Assembly (NCBI RefSeq): GCF_036321535.1
Contig: NC_087438.1
Location: forward strand, 3,102,001 to 3,166,000
Direction: 5' to 3'
DNA from: Camelus dromedarius
Lineage: Eukaryota
DNA: 64,000 bases
The position numbers and the translations under genes were made by a program. This document shows, one piece after another, positions 12,170 through 23,700 of the stretch. Each line of letters begins with the position of its first letter. Positions within the stretch are counted from its first letter, which is position 1. A model generated the notes under the pieces. The model ran no database searches. It was not told the origin of the DNA and worked only from the letters and a program-made list of their open reading frames with translations.

Positions 12170-13290
12170 TACCCTCCGAGAACGTGAGACCCTGCAAAAG
12201 GAAGCCCGGAGCCCCGCGGGCGGACGCAGCTGGGGGCTGCGACTTACCTCTTCCTGACCAGTTTTCTATGACTGGATGAATCATCCTCATGCTCACTCAT
12301 GTTGGGCTTCCCAGAGAAAGGACCGAGCAAAATGCAGGGGCGTTTTCATGACATTTAAGAAGCGAGGTTGCTCCCCAAAGCCTGCTCAGTACCAGGGCAG
12401 CAGCTGGTACCGCCGCTCCAGCTCCTCAGCGCGGAAGGGGCCTTCCCCCCGCACCAGCTGGCCCCGCGCCGAGCGGGTTCCCGTGGCCGGTCCGCCTGCC
12501 GGAGCTTCGCTGCCCAGGGCACCGTGGCGCCCAGGAGGCTAACCAGACAACACAGCCGCTGGCCTCCCCCGTGAGCGAGTTCAGCGCTGCTCGGGGCTTG
12601 CTTCTCCCGGCGGCGCTGGCATCGCAGCTTTCGCAGCAGGAGGAGCTGGGCCCGGAGTCGGCCGGCCTGCGCCGCAGCCAGCGGCCCGCGCGGGCTGTTT
12701 CTCCATTTGCGAAGTGGAGATACTGGCCAGCTCTTCTCTCAGCGGACACTGGGCACCAGGCGCTGCGCTAAGCCCTTCACACGTGTTAACTCGTTTCATC
12801 CTCACGTTGACTCCTCGGGGTCGTCTTTGCTCATCTTCCGACACAAAACCTGGACCGCAGAGAAGTGGGGTGTTAGTAAATTACGCCTCGGTAATGCTTC
12901 TAAGTCATTGTGTTGCCTCCTCTAAGGTTATTTTCGTTTTAAACAGTATCTCTGCCTATTGAAGGAAAGGCTTTGTGCTCTGTAGAGGGGCTTTAAGCAT
13001 CAAGGAGCAGCTGGGGAAATTGCAATAGCTTGATCTTTGGAAACATGTGCTAATTACACCCTGGGAGGATTAACAAAAACGAGTGAGGCTCATGACAGCG
13101 CTTCTGAACACATCCGAAGGGGGCGGGCGCCGGGCCGTCCTCGGCGGGGCCTGTGTCCTGGCGAGCGAAACAGGCGGTAGAGCGGTGCGCGACTCGGTGA
13201 GCGGCCCGCCCGCGCGCTGTCCCCACAGGATGAGTACGCGGCCGCTTTCACGACGGCCCGCCGACTCGCCAGGCTCCGATTGCCTTTAGT
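12170..13290. promoter_or_regulatory. CpG island (two GC-rich blocks, ~12190-12790 and ~13080-13280) with GC boxes
   Basis: Dense CpG and high GC against an AT-rich, CpG-depleted background; GGGGCGGG at 13120-13127 and GGCGGGGC at ~13143. No recognisable coding exon. Confidence 0.8.
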
Positions 13291-14874
13291 TAGTGTGTGT
13301 TTGGTCCAGAGCCCATCCTCCCCATCATGCCAGACCCTTTACGGAGAAAGGTTCGCCACTGAGGTTAAACGATTAAAAATAGAAAAAGGAAACAGAATGG
13401 AATGGGGAAAATGAGAAAGGGACGTTTAGGACCACTGGGCTCTTTGTTACCCAGTGTACGGAGCAAAGCTCTGGGGACCCTGGTGTGTGTGTATGTGTGG
13501 GCGTGTGTGAGCGTGCGCACGCACATGCAGGCAGGCACATACAAATAACAGAGATCCAGAATGCTCTCCTCTTGTACAGGCTTGTAAAAAATGTATACAA
13601 ATACAATTTGGAAAAAAAAAAGGCAATTTGAAAAGCATGTTCAAATGAGAGGCACCACATCCCTCAAAAGTTTGCTTCCCTTAAACCCACGAGGTGATGT
13701 TTTTGGCCCCAAACTGCAGTTCTCTTTTGGGGAGGGGTCTGGTCGCTCAGAATGCTATAGCTGCTGCTTTCATGAGCCGCCTCAGAGGGCCAGACTTCTA
13801 GGGGTCTCTTGCTGGCTGCCTAGAGACGGAATCTTAGGCACTGGGTGAATAAAGCCTCTTGTCATTTATTTATAGATTGAAGATTAGCTCAAACACGTCT
13901 CTCCAAATGGTCCATCTTCAGAAAGAGCACACACAAGTCCTTTTGACGGAATAGGAAGAAAATAATTAATGTTTACATCTTAGCAATGGATAAACGGAAA
14001 TAGAGATCGCTTAACAGAAGTCTAGGTTTAAGTGCAAACTTCCAGGCGACTTGGAGTCATCTTTCAGGAGGCGATTAATAAGCTACGAGAGGAAAGAGCT
14101 TTTGCACCTGGGGCACAGCAGCGGGCAGTTAGCTGCAGCGCAGAAGGACGCGTGTGCTGCCACCTGCAAGAGCCTCCTGACACAACCTAGGGACTAAGTG
14201 GGAGCCACCCTGCGGGGCGCAGGGCAAGTTAATCCGCCCGGCTAATCTAAACAATGAAAACATGAACTAACATTAAGAAAAAATAGAAGTGTTGGGGTGG
14301 GGAATTAAGGCAAAGCAGTAAAAGGTGAACATTCCAATTTGAAATGTAGCATTTTTACGTCTAAGGAGGTTAAACATTGTTTTGTCGTTGACGTTGAGGA
14401 AAGTCATTTATTTCTCAAGCTGCATTTTCTTCAGTATTTTTCTCCCCAGCATAGGGCTTGCTTCTTTGTTTAATGTAGCATACGTTGGCATCTTCAGCTA
14501 TCAGGTAACGTGGCATTCTGATCAATACCCTGGAGAAACCCATGAGGTAGAATGAAGAAGTATCACTGCAGCCCCTGAAAAGTGGGCAATATTAATTTCA
14601 CTCAAAAGGCCCCACACTTTACTCAGGAAGAAGAATGAACCCTCGGGGAGGGCTTTCCCGCAGGCGTTAAGCAGCGGCAGCTAAGAGCATTGCTGCCTTG
14701 GCCTTCGGGAAGGTTAAACGCGGCGTGAGACCTGTTATTTCAAGACAAAGAGCAAGTGTAAATTATCATTTCCCAATCTTGACCTTGTCTCATTTTAGAG
14801 AAAGCCATCTCTCTCCTCCTCCCCGAGGTTCCAAAGGTAATTTCATTATTATTTTAGTGTAACAAAGTTGGCAG

Positions 14875-15140
14875 TAATGATGACAGGAGCCAGGTGATGC
14901 TTACTGAGCTATTCCTGTGTGCCTGCTTGGGTTAAATATTTTTGCATCAATGATCACATTCAATGGTCTAAAATATCCCCCAGGGGAGATATGACTGATT
15001 CTATTTACAGAGAGAAAGTGGAAACTCAGAGAAGAGGAGTTACTTCCTCATAAGAACACGACTAGTAAATGGTGAAGCCGTATCTTGAACCCAGCCCACT
15101 GATCCACCCAAACCTGCGATGTTACCCACTCACCACTGAG
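14875..15140 (-). mobile_element. MIR SINE
   Basis: ttactgagctattcctgtgtgcc...tttacagagagaaagtggaaactcagaga...ctagtaaatggtgaagccgtatcttgaacccag. Confidence 0.75.
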
Positions 15141-16959
15141 CTTCTTCCATCCCTTACGAACAAGGGCACCATGGCGCCGGGCACAGTGGTCCCGTGGCTG
15201 CTGAGGGCCAGAGCAAGACAAATCTTGAGTGAGCGTCTGTCTGTTGGGGTACATTATTAATCCCAGCCAGGTTAGTGGGATGACCAGCAGTGGATTTTTA
15301 ATGTAGCAGCCCAGGATGGACAAGGAAACCAGACTTTGCAGCTGAGTCCAGGCTCTCTGTCCCTGACACACCTGGGCCTGGCGAGGACACCGTCCCACCT
15401 GCCCCCTGGACTCCTAGGACCCTCTAAGAATATCAGGGAAGTCTCTGTGGCTGAATTGGGCCACGCATTTCCTGGGATAACCCGAGGGTGAGCTGAGTTG
15501 CCTGATCAGCCTCGTCTGCTTATTAATTTCATTTTTGTTTTGTATTTCTGTTGAAGAATTCCGAATGTGTGGAATAGAGGCAGGAGCTGAGATACCTCTG
15601 CTGAGAGTGAAAGCGGGGGTGAGTCGCCCCGGATCTCACATGACACAGTTCGATTCAGGATTCCAGTAACCTGCCCCCAGGTGTCTCTTTACCCTACCTC
15701 CAGGCCCGAGCAGACAGAGTGCTGGATTCATGACTTTATGCAGGGCAAATTCTATCACTCCCATTTTAGAGGAAGGGAAAAAAAAGCCTTAAGTGTCAGC
15801 CTTATCCTGTGATGTAATCTCTTGCCCCATTCTAGCAATTTTCTCATGATAGCTCGTAAGATGTCTGTTAATCAGGCGGAATGGAACAGAAAATTCTCTG
15901 CTGGTCTTGGTCCCTCGACGCACAGAGCAGCTTCCCAGCAGTGCCTCCTCGACCCCACTGTGCTTTTGCTGTCTCACATGGGAAATAATAATTCTTAATA
16001 TTTGCCATCTTTAAAATGAGGAATTCTTTGGAAACTTCAGCTACGTTGAATGGTGTTTGATTCCCTTTTTAGATTTAGATCTTTTTTTTTTTTCCCTGCA
16101 ACTTCCAGTAAACGCTCAACATGTTTTTAAACTGAGAAGCCGTGACCGCAGCACCCAGGCTAAGTGGACACGGGAGTCTGATGTATGGAACCTGGCAGGA
16201 GTCCCTCATTCATCTCTGAGGTGCTGCTGGAGTAGTGCTAATTCCAAAAGGCATTACATTAAAATAAAAAGCCCCCGATGGCAACTGAAGGTGGTTTTTT
16301 GTTTCCTGTCATCATCCATTTGTATCTGCCAATAGCCTCTAGTTAAATCAATGCTCCTGATAAATACTGCTTGGCTGAGGAAATAGAGCAAATCATCATT
16401 TCTCAGTGATGGATATTTATCTCTTTCGGGGTAACATTTATTTTTCAGATGTGCACCCGCACTGCCTGATCCGATTTGGTAAGCGATTAACGCAGTTTAA
16501 TGGGCTACTTAAAAGGAAAACTACTGAATGTGCCATTGTTTGCTTTCTCGTCCGTTCATCTTTTCTTGCGTTAGAATGAGTTATAACAGGTCAATATGGA
16601 CGCTGGGGAAGCGCAGGGCGGAAGCGGCTGTTACCCCTTAACTCTGGGTGCCCCAGAGTTTCTTGCTTTCAGCCCTCACTCCACACGTCTCCTTGGACAC
16701 CCACGTTTGGGCTGTGCTGTGCACCGGGGGAGCCTGGGGAACTCAGCCTCAGCACCTGCGGTCACAGGAGAGAAACAAATACGTTAAAAACCACACCAGT
16801 AAGTGGAAATTGCAGGTGTACTGAGGGCCAGCGTTTGAGACCTTCAGTGGGGAGAGCGAGCATTTGAGGAAGGGTTTCCGAAGCCAGCGGCTCTGCAGGA
16901 CTGAGCCATCTCCATGGGTCCCCGAGGCAGGCCTCGCAAGGAAGCCCATTCCAGGAAGA

Positions 16960-17460
16960 GAGAGTGGCCGGGGCCAGCATCCCCGGGAAACAGTCATCAC
17001 ACAGAGCACAAGGAAGTGCACGTGATGGGGACAGACACAGCGACAGAGGACCAGGCAGCAGAGGAGGGCGCTGGAGAGAGCCAAGTCGCGCAGGTGTCCG
17101 CGGGCCAGGCGGTCTCTGCTCAGAGCGGTGAAGCTACGGAAGGGCCAGCAGGTGGCTCAGGCTGGAAAGGGGGGTGTTTATGTCCAGGTCTGTGTTTTGC
17201 AATGAGGGCTCTGGCAGGGTTGTGGAGGCTGGATGGAGGGGGATGGAGAGGAGCCAGAGACCCCGTGTAGCCCACCTCCGTGGTGACCCCAGGGCAAGCA
17301 TGGCGAGGGGCGAGGAGGTGGCGATGGTGACGGTGGAGCAGAATGGATGGATTGAAGACAGACATGGAAGATAAGTGCAACAGAATTTGATGTCCAGTTG
17401 GATGCTGAACGAGAACAGGGCAGGATTTGATGTTTCTGGGCTTCTGGCAAACTAGTTCCT
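16960..17460 (-). mobile_element. L2 LINE fragment
   Basis: Purine-rich run gcaatgagggctctggcagggttg...gagcagaatggatggattgaagacagac...caacagaatttgatg...gtttctgggcttctggc resembles antisense L2. Confidence 0.65.
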
Positions 17461-17564
17461 GTGGCCACTGTGCACAATTAAAGGCAATGATAGTGAGAGA
17501 GGACCCTGTTTGTGAGACCATGTGTGATTTCAGCAAGTACAAGGATTCCCCTGGATAAGACGTT

Positions 17565-17750
17565 CGTTTGGCTTGCTCCATGCCAGGCACTGGTCTAAAT
17601 TCCTTCCGTGTATTGGCATAATCATTTCTCATCACTTACCCTCGAGGCAGCTACTGTTACTGTCCCACAGAGGTCAAGAGAGCTTACCCCCCTGGGCTGA
17701 GCCCTCAGGACGAGGAAGCAGTGGGTGTCTCACCCCCAGGCAGGGCTGCC
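17565..17750 (-). mobile_element. MIR fragment
   Basis: tgccaggcactggtctaaat...ctcatcacttaccctcgaggcagctactgttactgtccca. Confidence 0.6.
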
Positions 17751-18505
17751 TCCCTCTCTATTAAGTTGGCCCAACTTGTTCAAGATTTTAACAGAAGGTA
17801 ACTATGGTTTCCCCATCTCTGGGTTTCTGTGGACCCAACATCCTTTCTTTTCCTGCAAGACAGTAGTGCCCTTGGCCAGATCCTGTAGTTCACCAGCATA
17901 GTGAGTTAATACAATCATCTCATTCAGATGTTCAAAGTCACACTTACGTTCAATGCAAAATTCCTCTCACATATCTTCCAACTCAAAGCTCCTTCTGCCC
18001 CACTTTGTGTGGACCAGAACTTGGAGGTGGAATGCGGGTCTGGTGTGCTCTGATTCTCAGAGTCCTCCCTTCTCCCCCTCTTCCAGAATAAATACACTAG
18101 AGTTGACCTTGGAGGTGGGAAAAGAGAAAAAGAAAGCAGTCTGTCTATTTACGTGGGCAAAGGAGTCACCTTCTGTGGGCCCTGGGCTCCATGTTTGAGA
18201 GCCCCCCCATATCAGAAACAGAAAAAAGTATATACTCAGAGTATGCGAGTGGCTCTGTGCCTGGGGTCCCGTCTCAGTGCTGGGGCAGCACAGTCAGCTT
18301 CCTTAAACAGCTCCTCTCCTGACTGACCCTCTCAGGCCCCGGGGAAACCCTCCTGCACCGCTTTTACCCTGTGGCACGGAACAAAGTCGCTGTGTCTGAA
18401 GGTCATGGAGGTGGTGGGTTAAACCCCGCCAAAGTCAGAGACAGATGCTCTGTGGGGACACAAGCAGGTTTGGAGCAGCGTAACCAAACAGGTAAAAGGA
18501 AAGAC

Positions 18506-18599
18506 GGGGGGAGGGTGTATTGCTCAGTGGTAAAGCGTGTGCTGAGCACGCACGAGGTCCTGGGTTCAACCCCCAGCACCTCCATTAAAATAAAAATAA

Positions 18600-18650
<51 letters not shown>

Positions 18651-18699
18651 ACAAACAAACAAACAAACAAACAAACCTAATCACCCACCCTCCCAAAAA
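18506..18699 (+). mobile_element. tRNA-Ala-derived SINE (camelid vic-1-like) with target-site duplication
   Basis: GGGGGGAGGGTGTATTGCTCAGTGGTAAAGCG...GGTCCTGGGTTCAACCCCCAGCACCTCCA head, internal (AAAT)n(AAAC)n, CCTAATCACCC...A-tail. TSD aaaaggaaagac (18494-18505) / aaaacgaaagac (18700-18711). Confidence 0.93.
18596..18676. repeat. Compound (AAAT)n(AAAC)n microsatellite inside the SINE
   Basis: Directly visible. Confidence 0.97.
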
Positions 18700-19690
18700 A
18701 AAACGAAAGACAAATTAAGCAACTCGCCCGTCCCTTTCAGAGAGAGCGTGAAGATGGCAGATGATTCCCGGGTGGAGTGTTAGCTCGCAGCGTGCTGAAC
18801 GTAGACACCTTCCTTCTCCTTGTATTTTAACCTCTGGTTCTAGGAGCATTGTGCTTGGTGGCTGCAGGCAAGCTCTCAAAATAAAATTTTTAAAAACTTC
18901 ATGTTACTCATAAATTTGTATATAAACAGATTTATGCCAGATATTTGTAAACTCTGACACCAGATCTTTACCTAGACACCCATATTCTCATCCTCTTTGT
19001 CTCTCTCTTCTTTTACACAACTTAAATAAAGTAAATTTAGAAAAAAAAATAAAGAAAAGAGTGTAAGGCACTATGTGCTCCACCACAGTCCTACTGCCAT
19101 CAAAATGCGTTTGTCCTCAGTCTATAAAACCTCGCTGGAGACTAAAAACATTAAATAACTTCCGGAATCAAACCTACCAGGTGTAAACCATCCAGAATAT
19201 GCATCCTTTACCAACAGGAGATTTCTTTTAAATAATGCCTTCTTTTCAGGCTTTGTGCTGATGCTCACAGAAAATATAGGGAAAAAAAAAAACCAGACAT
19301 TTTGTAATTGTCATAGTTGCTTACAATTTCAAAGACTAATGAGCCTTTTAATTCATGAATGGAAATAACTTTTCCAGAATACAAAAACCCACTTTTTTCC
19401 CCAAAAAGGAGAAAAAAATGTGATACTATAAAGGATTTTGAATTCTAAGTAGAGACCGAAGTTCTAGAGTGTGTCCAGTTCTCCCTGGAGCCTAGAACTC
19501 TGGAAGGGGTGCTGCTCTCGGTGGGCCTGCCTCTGAGCAGACAGGCTTCTGCCCTGCGACTGAGGCAGCTGCTGGGGAAGCGGCTTTCCGTCCCTGTACC
19601 TAGTTCTGTGCCAAGCATATGTCCTTATGAGGAAGTAGGAATGACATGCCCTGAGGTTACCTCTGTATGAAATGCTTAGATATTTTGCAT

Positions 19691-19893
19691 CAGAATCTCT
19701 CAACTGGGGCGATTTTGCCCAAGGGACAGTTGGCAGAGTCTGGAGACGTTTTTCGTTGTCACAGTTGGGGAAGGGGCAGGCTATTGGCCTCTGGTTGGGA
19801 GAAATCAGGGGTGCCTCTCAACATCCCCCAAGGAGGGGATGGCATCCCCACAATGAAGGAATGCCTGGTCCAAAATGAGCCTGAGAAACCCCG
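19691..19893 (+). mobile_element. MER20 (hAT-Charlie non-autonomous DNA transposon)
   Basis: tctcaactggggcgattttgccc...tctggagacgtttttcgttgtcacagttgggg...ccccacaatgaaggaat...gtccaaaatg...tgagaaaccc follows the recalled MER20 consensus. Confidence 0.88.
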
Positions 19894-22800
19894 CCCCACA
19901 TAAAGCAGAAGTAGTGGGACTATTAGAAAGGCGGCTGGGAGCTACCTTGGAAAACTCAGAAGATAATAATCTGATGAAGCTCGAAGCGCTGTGCAAAGTT
20001 CCTGCTCAGCACCAGGTGCACAAGGCAGCGATGGTTAAGACATAAGACCAAGCCCCTTCCTTGGACACCGCTGGCAGGTGTCACATCCGCAGGGAAAGGG
20101 AGAGGTGGATGAGGTGGGTGGCCTTGAACTCAAGTTGAAGCTTGTGTAACAAGGTGGCGGCACGGAGAGGAGGGAAAAGGACTCATGGTGTCACCATCGT
20201 ACTGACTTCCCTGACTGTCTGGAGACAGCGAGTGATGATGACAATGGCCTCATAAAGTACAAGAGCTGAGAAGATGGAATTTTCCTGATTCACTCCTCGT
20301 GTTGACCACGGCTGTGACTTCTCCTCGTGTTGATCACTGCTACAACTTACCATAAACTACAAGACCAAGAGCGATGCTTTATCTGCTTAAATGCTGACGA
20401 AAAGAAAAAGCCATAGGTTGTTTAAAAGTGACTGAAAGACTTCCACGGGAAACTATGAATGGTGTCATTCTCTCTCTGGGGTCTGACATCGAGAGAATGA
20501 GGAAAGGAGGTTGTGGTGCTCGTCAACCACAGTGCACACAAGTGCCAGCGCTTCAGCTGCCCGCGTGCTAATGCACAGTTACTAAGTAAGCACTCCCCTC
20601 TCTGCCACCAACAGTGACCTTCTTTCGGTCAGAAGCCAAAGGCAAGAGCTACTTATGGTTCCTGTAAAGGGCCTCCAGGCTGCGTTCTTGGTTCCTCCAG
20701 TTTCCTGACTTTCCTAAGTTGTCACTCTGACCATCACGGTCCTGCCCATCAGTCTGGCCCGCGGTACTTGGGGATGTGCAAAGCACGTGACTCCCTCCAT
20801 CTGACCGCAAGACTTAAGCAAGAGAACTGGGCAGAAGCTTCACACACACATCAAAGTATCAGCTGCACCCTTACCACGTCCCCCTTTCCTCTCCTTCCCT
20901 GAATTAAGATGGTGCTCTTTAAATCAATTTAAACAGAATTTGAAACAAAGTGCCTCCCTGCTGGTGGCAGCATATCGCAGGCAGGATCCTGACCACTGAT
21001 GGGGTTTGGGTCACAAACAGACCACCAGGACAAGGGCAGGACATGAGCATCAAAGGAAGCTCACTGGCCTGAAATGCAGCAACGCCACAGGCAGTCGGTT
21101 CTCACATTAACGTGGCTCAGCCCAGCCACTGGGTAGACAGAGGGTGTGTGAAAAGAATTCGTTTCTTTTCACTGTTTTCATTTTTCCTGGTTATGTCAGT
21201 TTATGGTGATGTCAACTAAAAAGTATTGACTAATAAAAGAAAAAAGTTTAGTTGGTTTTAGTAATTCTAGAATAAATTTTGAAAGCAAAAGAAGATCATG
21301 AGGGAGGTATTAAAAAAATAACTGCAGTAAATCAGAAAGAAGCCAGATAGCTCTGAAGTTGCAGTCGCTCAGGTTTGGAAGATAAAATTGCCAGCTACTG
21401 GTCTTCCTCCTCATAAAAACTCTGCTCCTCACGTGTTAATGTCTACAAAGAGTAGGGATTAAAGGGAAATTGGGTAAATAGGATAATATTTAATGATATA
21501 GTAAAAGATAAAAATGCTTGACTCAAATAATCAGGTCTGCGAAAGTGCTCGGCTGTGCGTTCTTGGAAGGGAAGTGGGCTGGGGTAGGTAAAAATGAATA
21601 TTCCTCATGAAAATCTGAAGTTAAAGACTCAGAGCTCAGATTTGTTGAGTTGCCCTTTTACACATTGTTCAACTAGCACACAGTTAGTGTTCATTATCTG
21701 GAAAAAGGGGGATTTTTTTCCTCTTCCCTAAAGAGGAGATTAGGTCCCTAGCCACAAGAGACCCACAGTCCACTAGGAGGGCTTCTAAAGGTCAAGGTTA
21801 ATAAGAACTCACCCCAGTGGTGGTGCTTCCTGGGACGCGTTGTGCGGGAACCATGCTGACTGTCATCTGGGGCCCCGCCTCCCTCTGATGTCAAGACTTC
21901 TGCCAGCACCCATCCAAGAGGCTGCCCCTCCACGGTGTGGTGTGCGAGGCCCTGTGAGAAGCAGCAGGCGCTACAGGAAAGGGCTCGGGGGTGGGGGTCA
22001 CCAGCTCCCTTGTTAGGTCGGGTATTTGCCTGGGTCCCCAGGGAAGGCCGTTGGTGGGTCAGGAGTGGGGATGAGGCATCCCCATCAATAGAACAGCACA
22101 CACAGATGCAGGAAAAGGAGCACCAGAAACGTGGGGCCCTGGAGTTCAGCTTGGCCAAGGCAGGGAGGGTGGAGGCGAGGCAGGTGGGAGATGGGGCTGG
22201 CTCCTGCCCGCTGTCACCCCCAGGGCTACATCCTGACACTGCCCTGGCTGTGCTGCTCCCGCCCCAGGCCTCAGCCTCCCTGGGCCCGAGTTTCTTCAAC
22301 TACAGTTCACGAGTCTTGGATCTGAGAGTCCCTAGTGTTTTCCCAGAGGTACAGAACATGGCCTGTGACCTTCTCTAAGTCCCAGAGCAAAGCAGCTCCA
22401 TAATCGGGAAGAGAACAAGTCTCAGCACAAACCCAGGACCAGCTAACATGGTATCATCGCTAATCCTGTGCATATTGGCTCTTAATGCTCAATTATACCT
22501 TGAATTAAACCCAAAGGCACTTACGACCTCCCAGCAGATATAGGCAGCATCATTCTGGCTCTGACAGCGATTAGCATGACGGGGCCCCCGGATCTGCACC
22601 AGAGATCAATTTGCCATATGTTCATTAATGAAGTGATATTAAGCTCTTGAATAAAAGGGATTCCCCCTTTTAATTCATGTGTAAAAATTATATTAACATC
22701 TTTCTGGGAGGACAGAAAGACAAAGTCTACAATTAATTTCCATTTTATCATGTTAAAATAATGAGAGAATTCTTAAGCTAAATAAATTGGTTTATTCTCT

Positions 22801-23119
22801 CACAAAAATGCATTTACAAAATTAGAGCTGAAAAGTATGTATTTCACATAAATCATTGGTCAATATATAAAGCTGCCGTATATATAATATAGCCACGATT
22901 TTTACATAATTGCTACGAATTACTTTTTCCCTGTGTTATTCAGTGTCATCTAGGCAGTGAGAACATTTTCCTTAGAACTGAGAACTAGAACAAATTTGTC
23001 TTTCTTCACTTAATTGCATATACCTTTAACTAAATGTTGTGGGCCAGAATGCTGAATCTTATCACTATTTTTTCGATAATAGAAAAGTTATCCTTCTATC
23101 ACACATCAGTGCCAATGAA

Positions 23120-23700
23120 TCATGCTTGCCAGTACAAACTGAATCTGAACTAGATCAAACTCTAGACCCAATTTCTAGTTTTCATGATACAGAAAGATAG
23201 AAAAGAAGAAAAACATAAAATTCACAAAAAAATAATCCTACTAGCCCCACATGTGTTGTATTCATCAAGATACTAAGTCAGTAAGAAAAAAACAAAGGTT
23301 TAGGTCTAAATAGATTAAATGAACTAAAGAGATATGGTGACTATGAAAGTCTGGCTTAAAACAGAAACTCTCTCCTATTGAAACAAATGGGCAGGTGTGG
23401 AAATTGTAATGTGATCAAGGTATCAGATTGATATTGATGCTGTTAATGAATCATGGCTAACTATGGCTAGTGCCGTGATGATTATGCCATATACCGTGCT
23501 TGTTCTTGGGTGAAGCAGGCGAAAGCTCTTAGGAGTGAAGTGTCATTATGTTTTGAACTTACTTGAACCTGCTCCTTCTGGTCAGTAAACACGTGCATGT
23601 GCCTGCATGTATAGCTGTGTGTGTATGTTTCTGGAGAGAGATGAAACAAAGACACAAATATTAACAACCAAGGACACCAGGAGGAGACTGATTGACAAGA
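23120..23700 (+). mobile_element. Old L1 3' UTR (L1MC/ME-like)
   Basis: ctgaatctgaactagatcaaactctagacc, gactatgaaagtctggc, ttaggagtgaagtgtcattatg and caaatattaacaa resemble L1MC4/L1ME tails. Confidence 0.6.

Noticed and set aside
18506..18585. tRNA-Ala genes here and at 296-373
   Set aside because: Extra 5' G-rich leader, stem mismatches, SINE-specific tail and TSD show these are SINE heads.
21748..22378. Overlapping 147-183 aa ORFs on both strands
   Set aside because: GC-rich, stop-poor sequence with no domain or exon structure.
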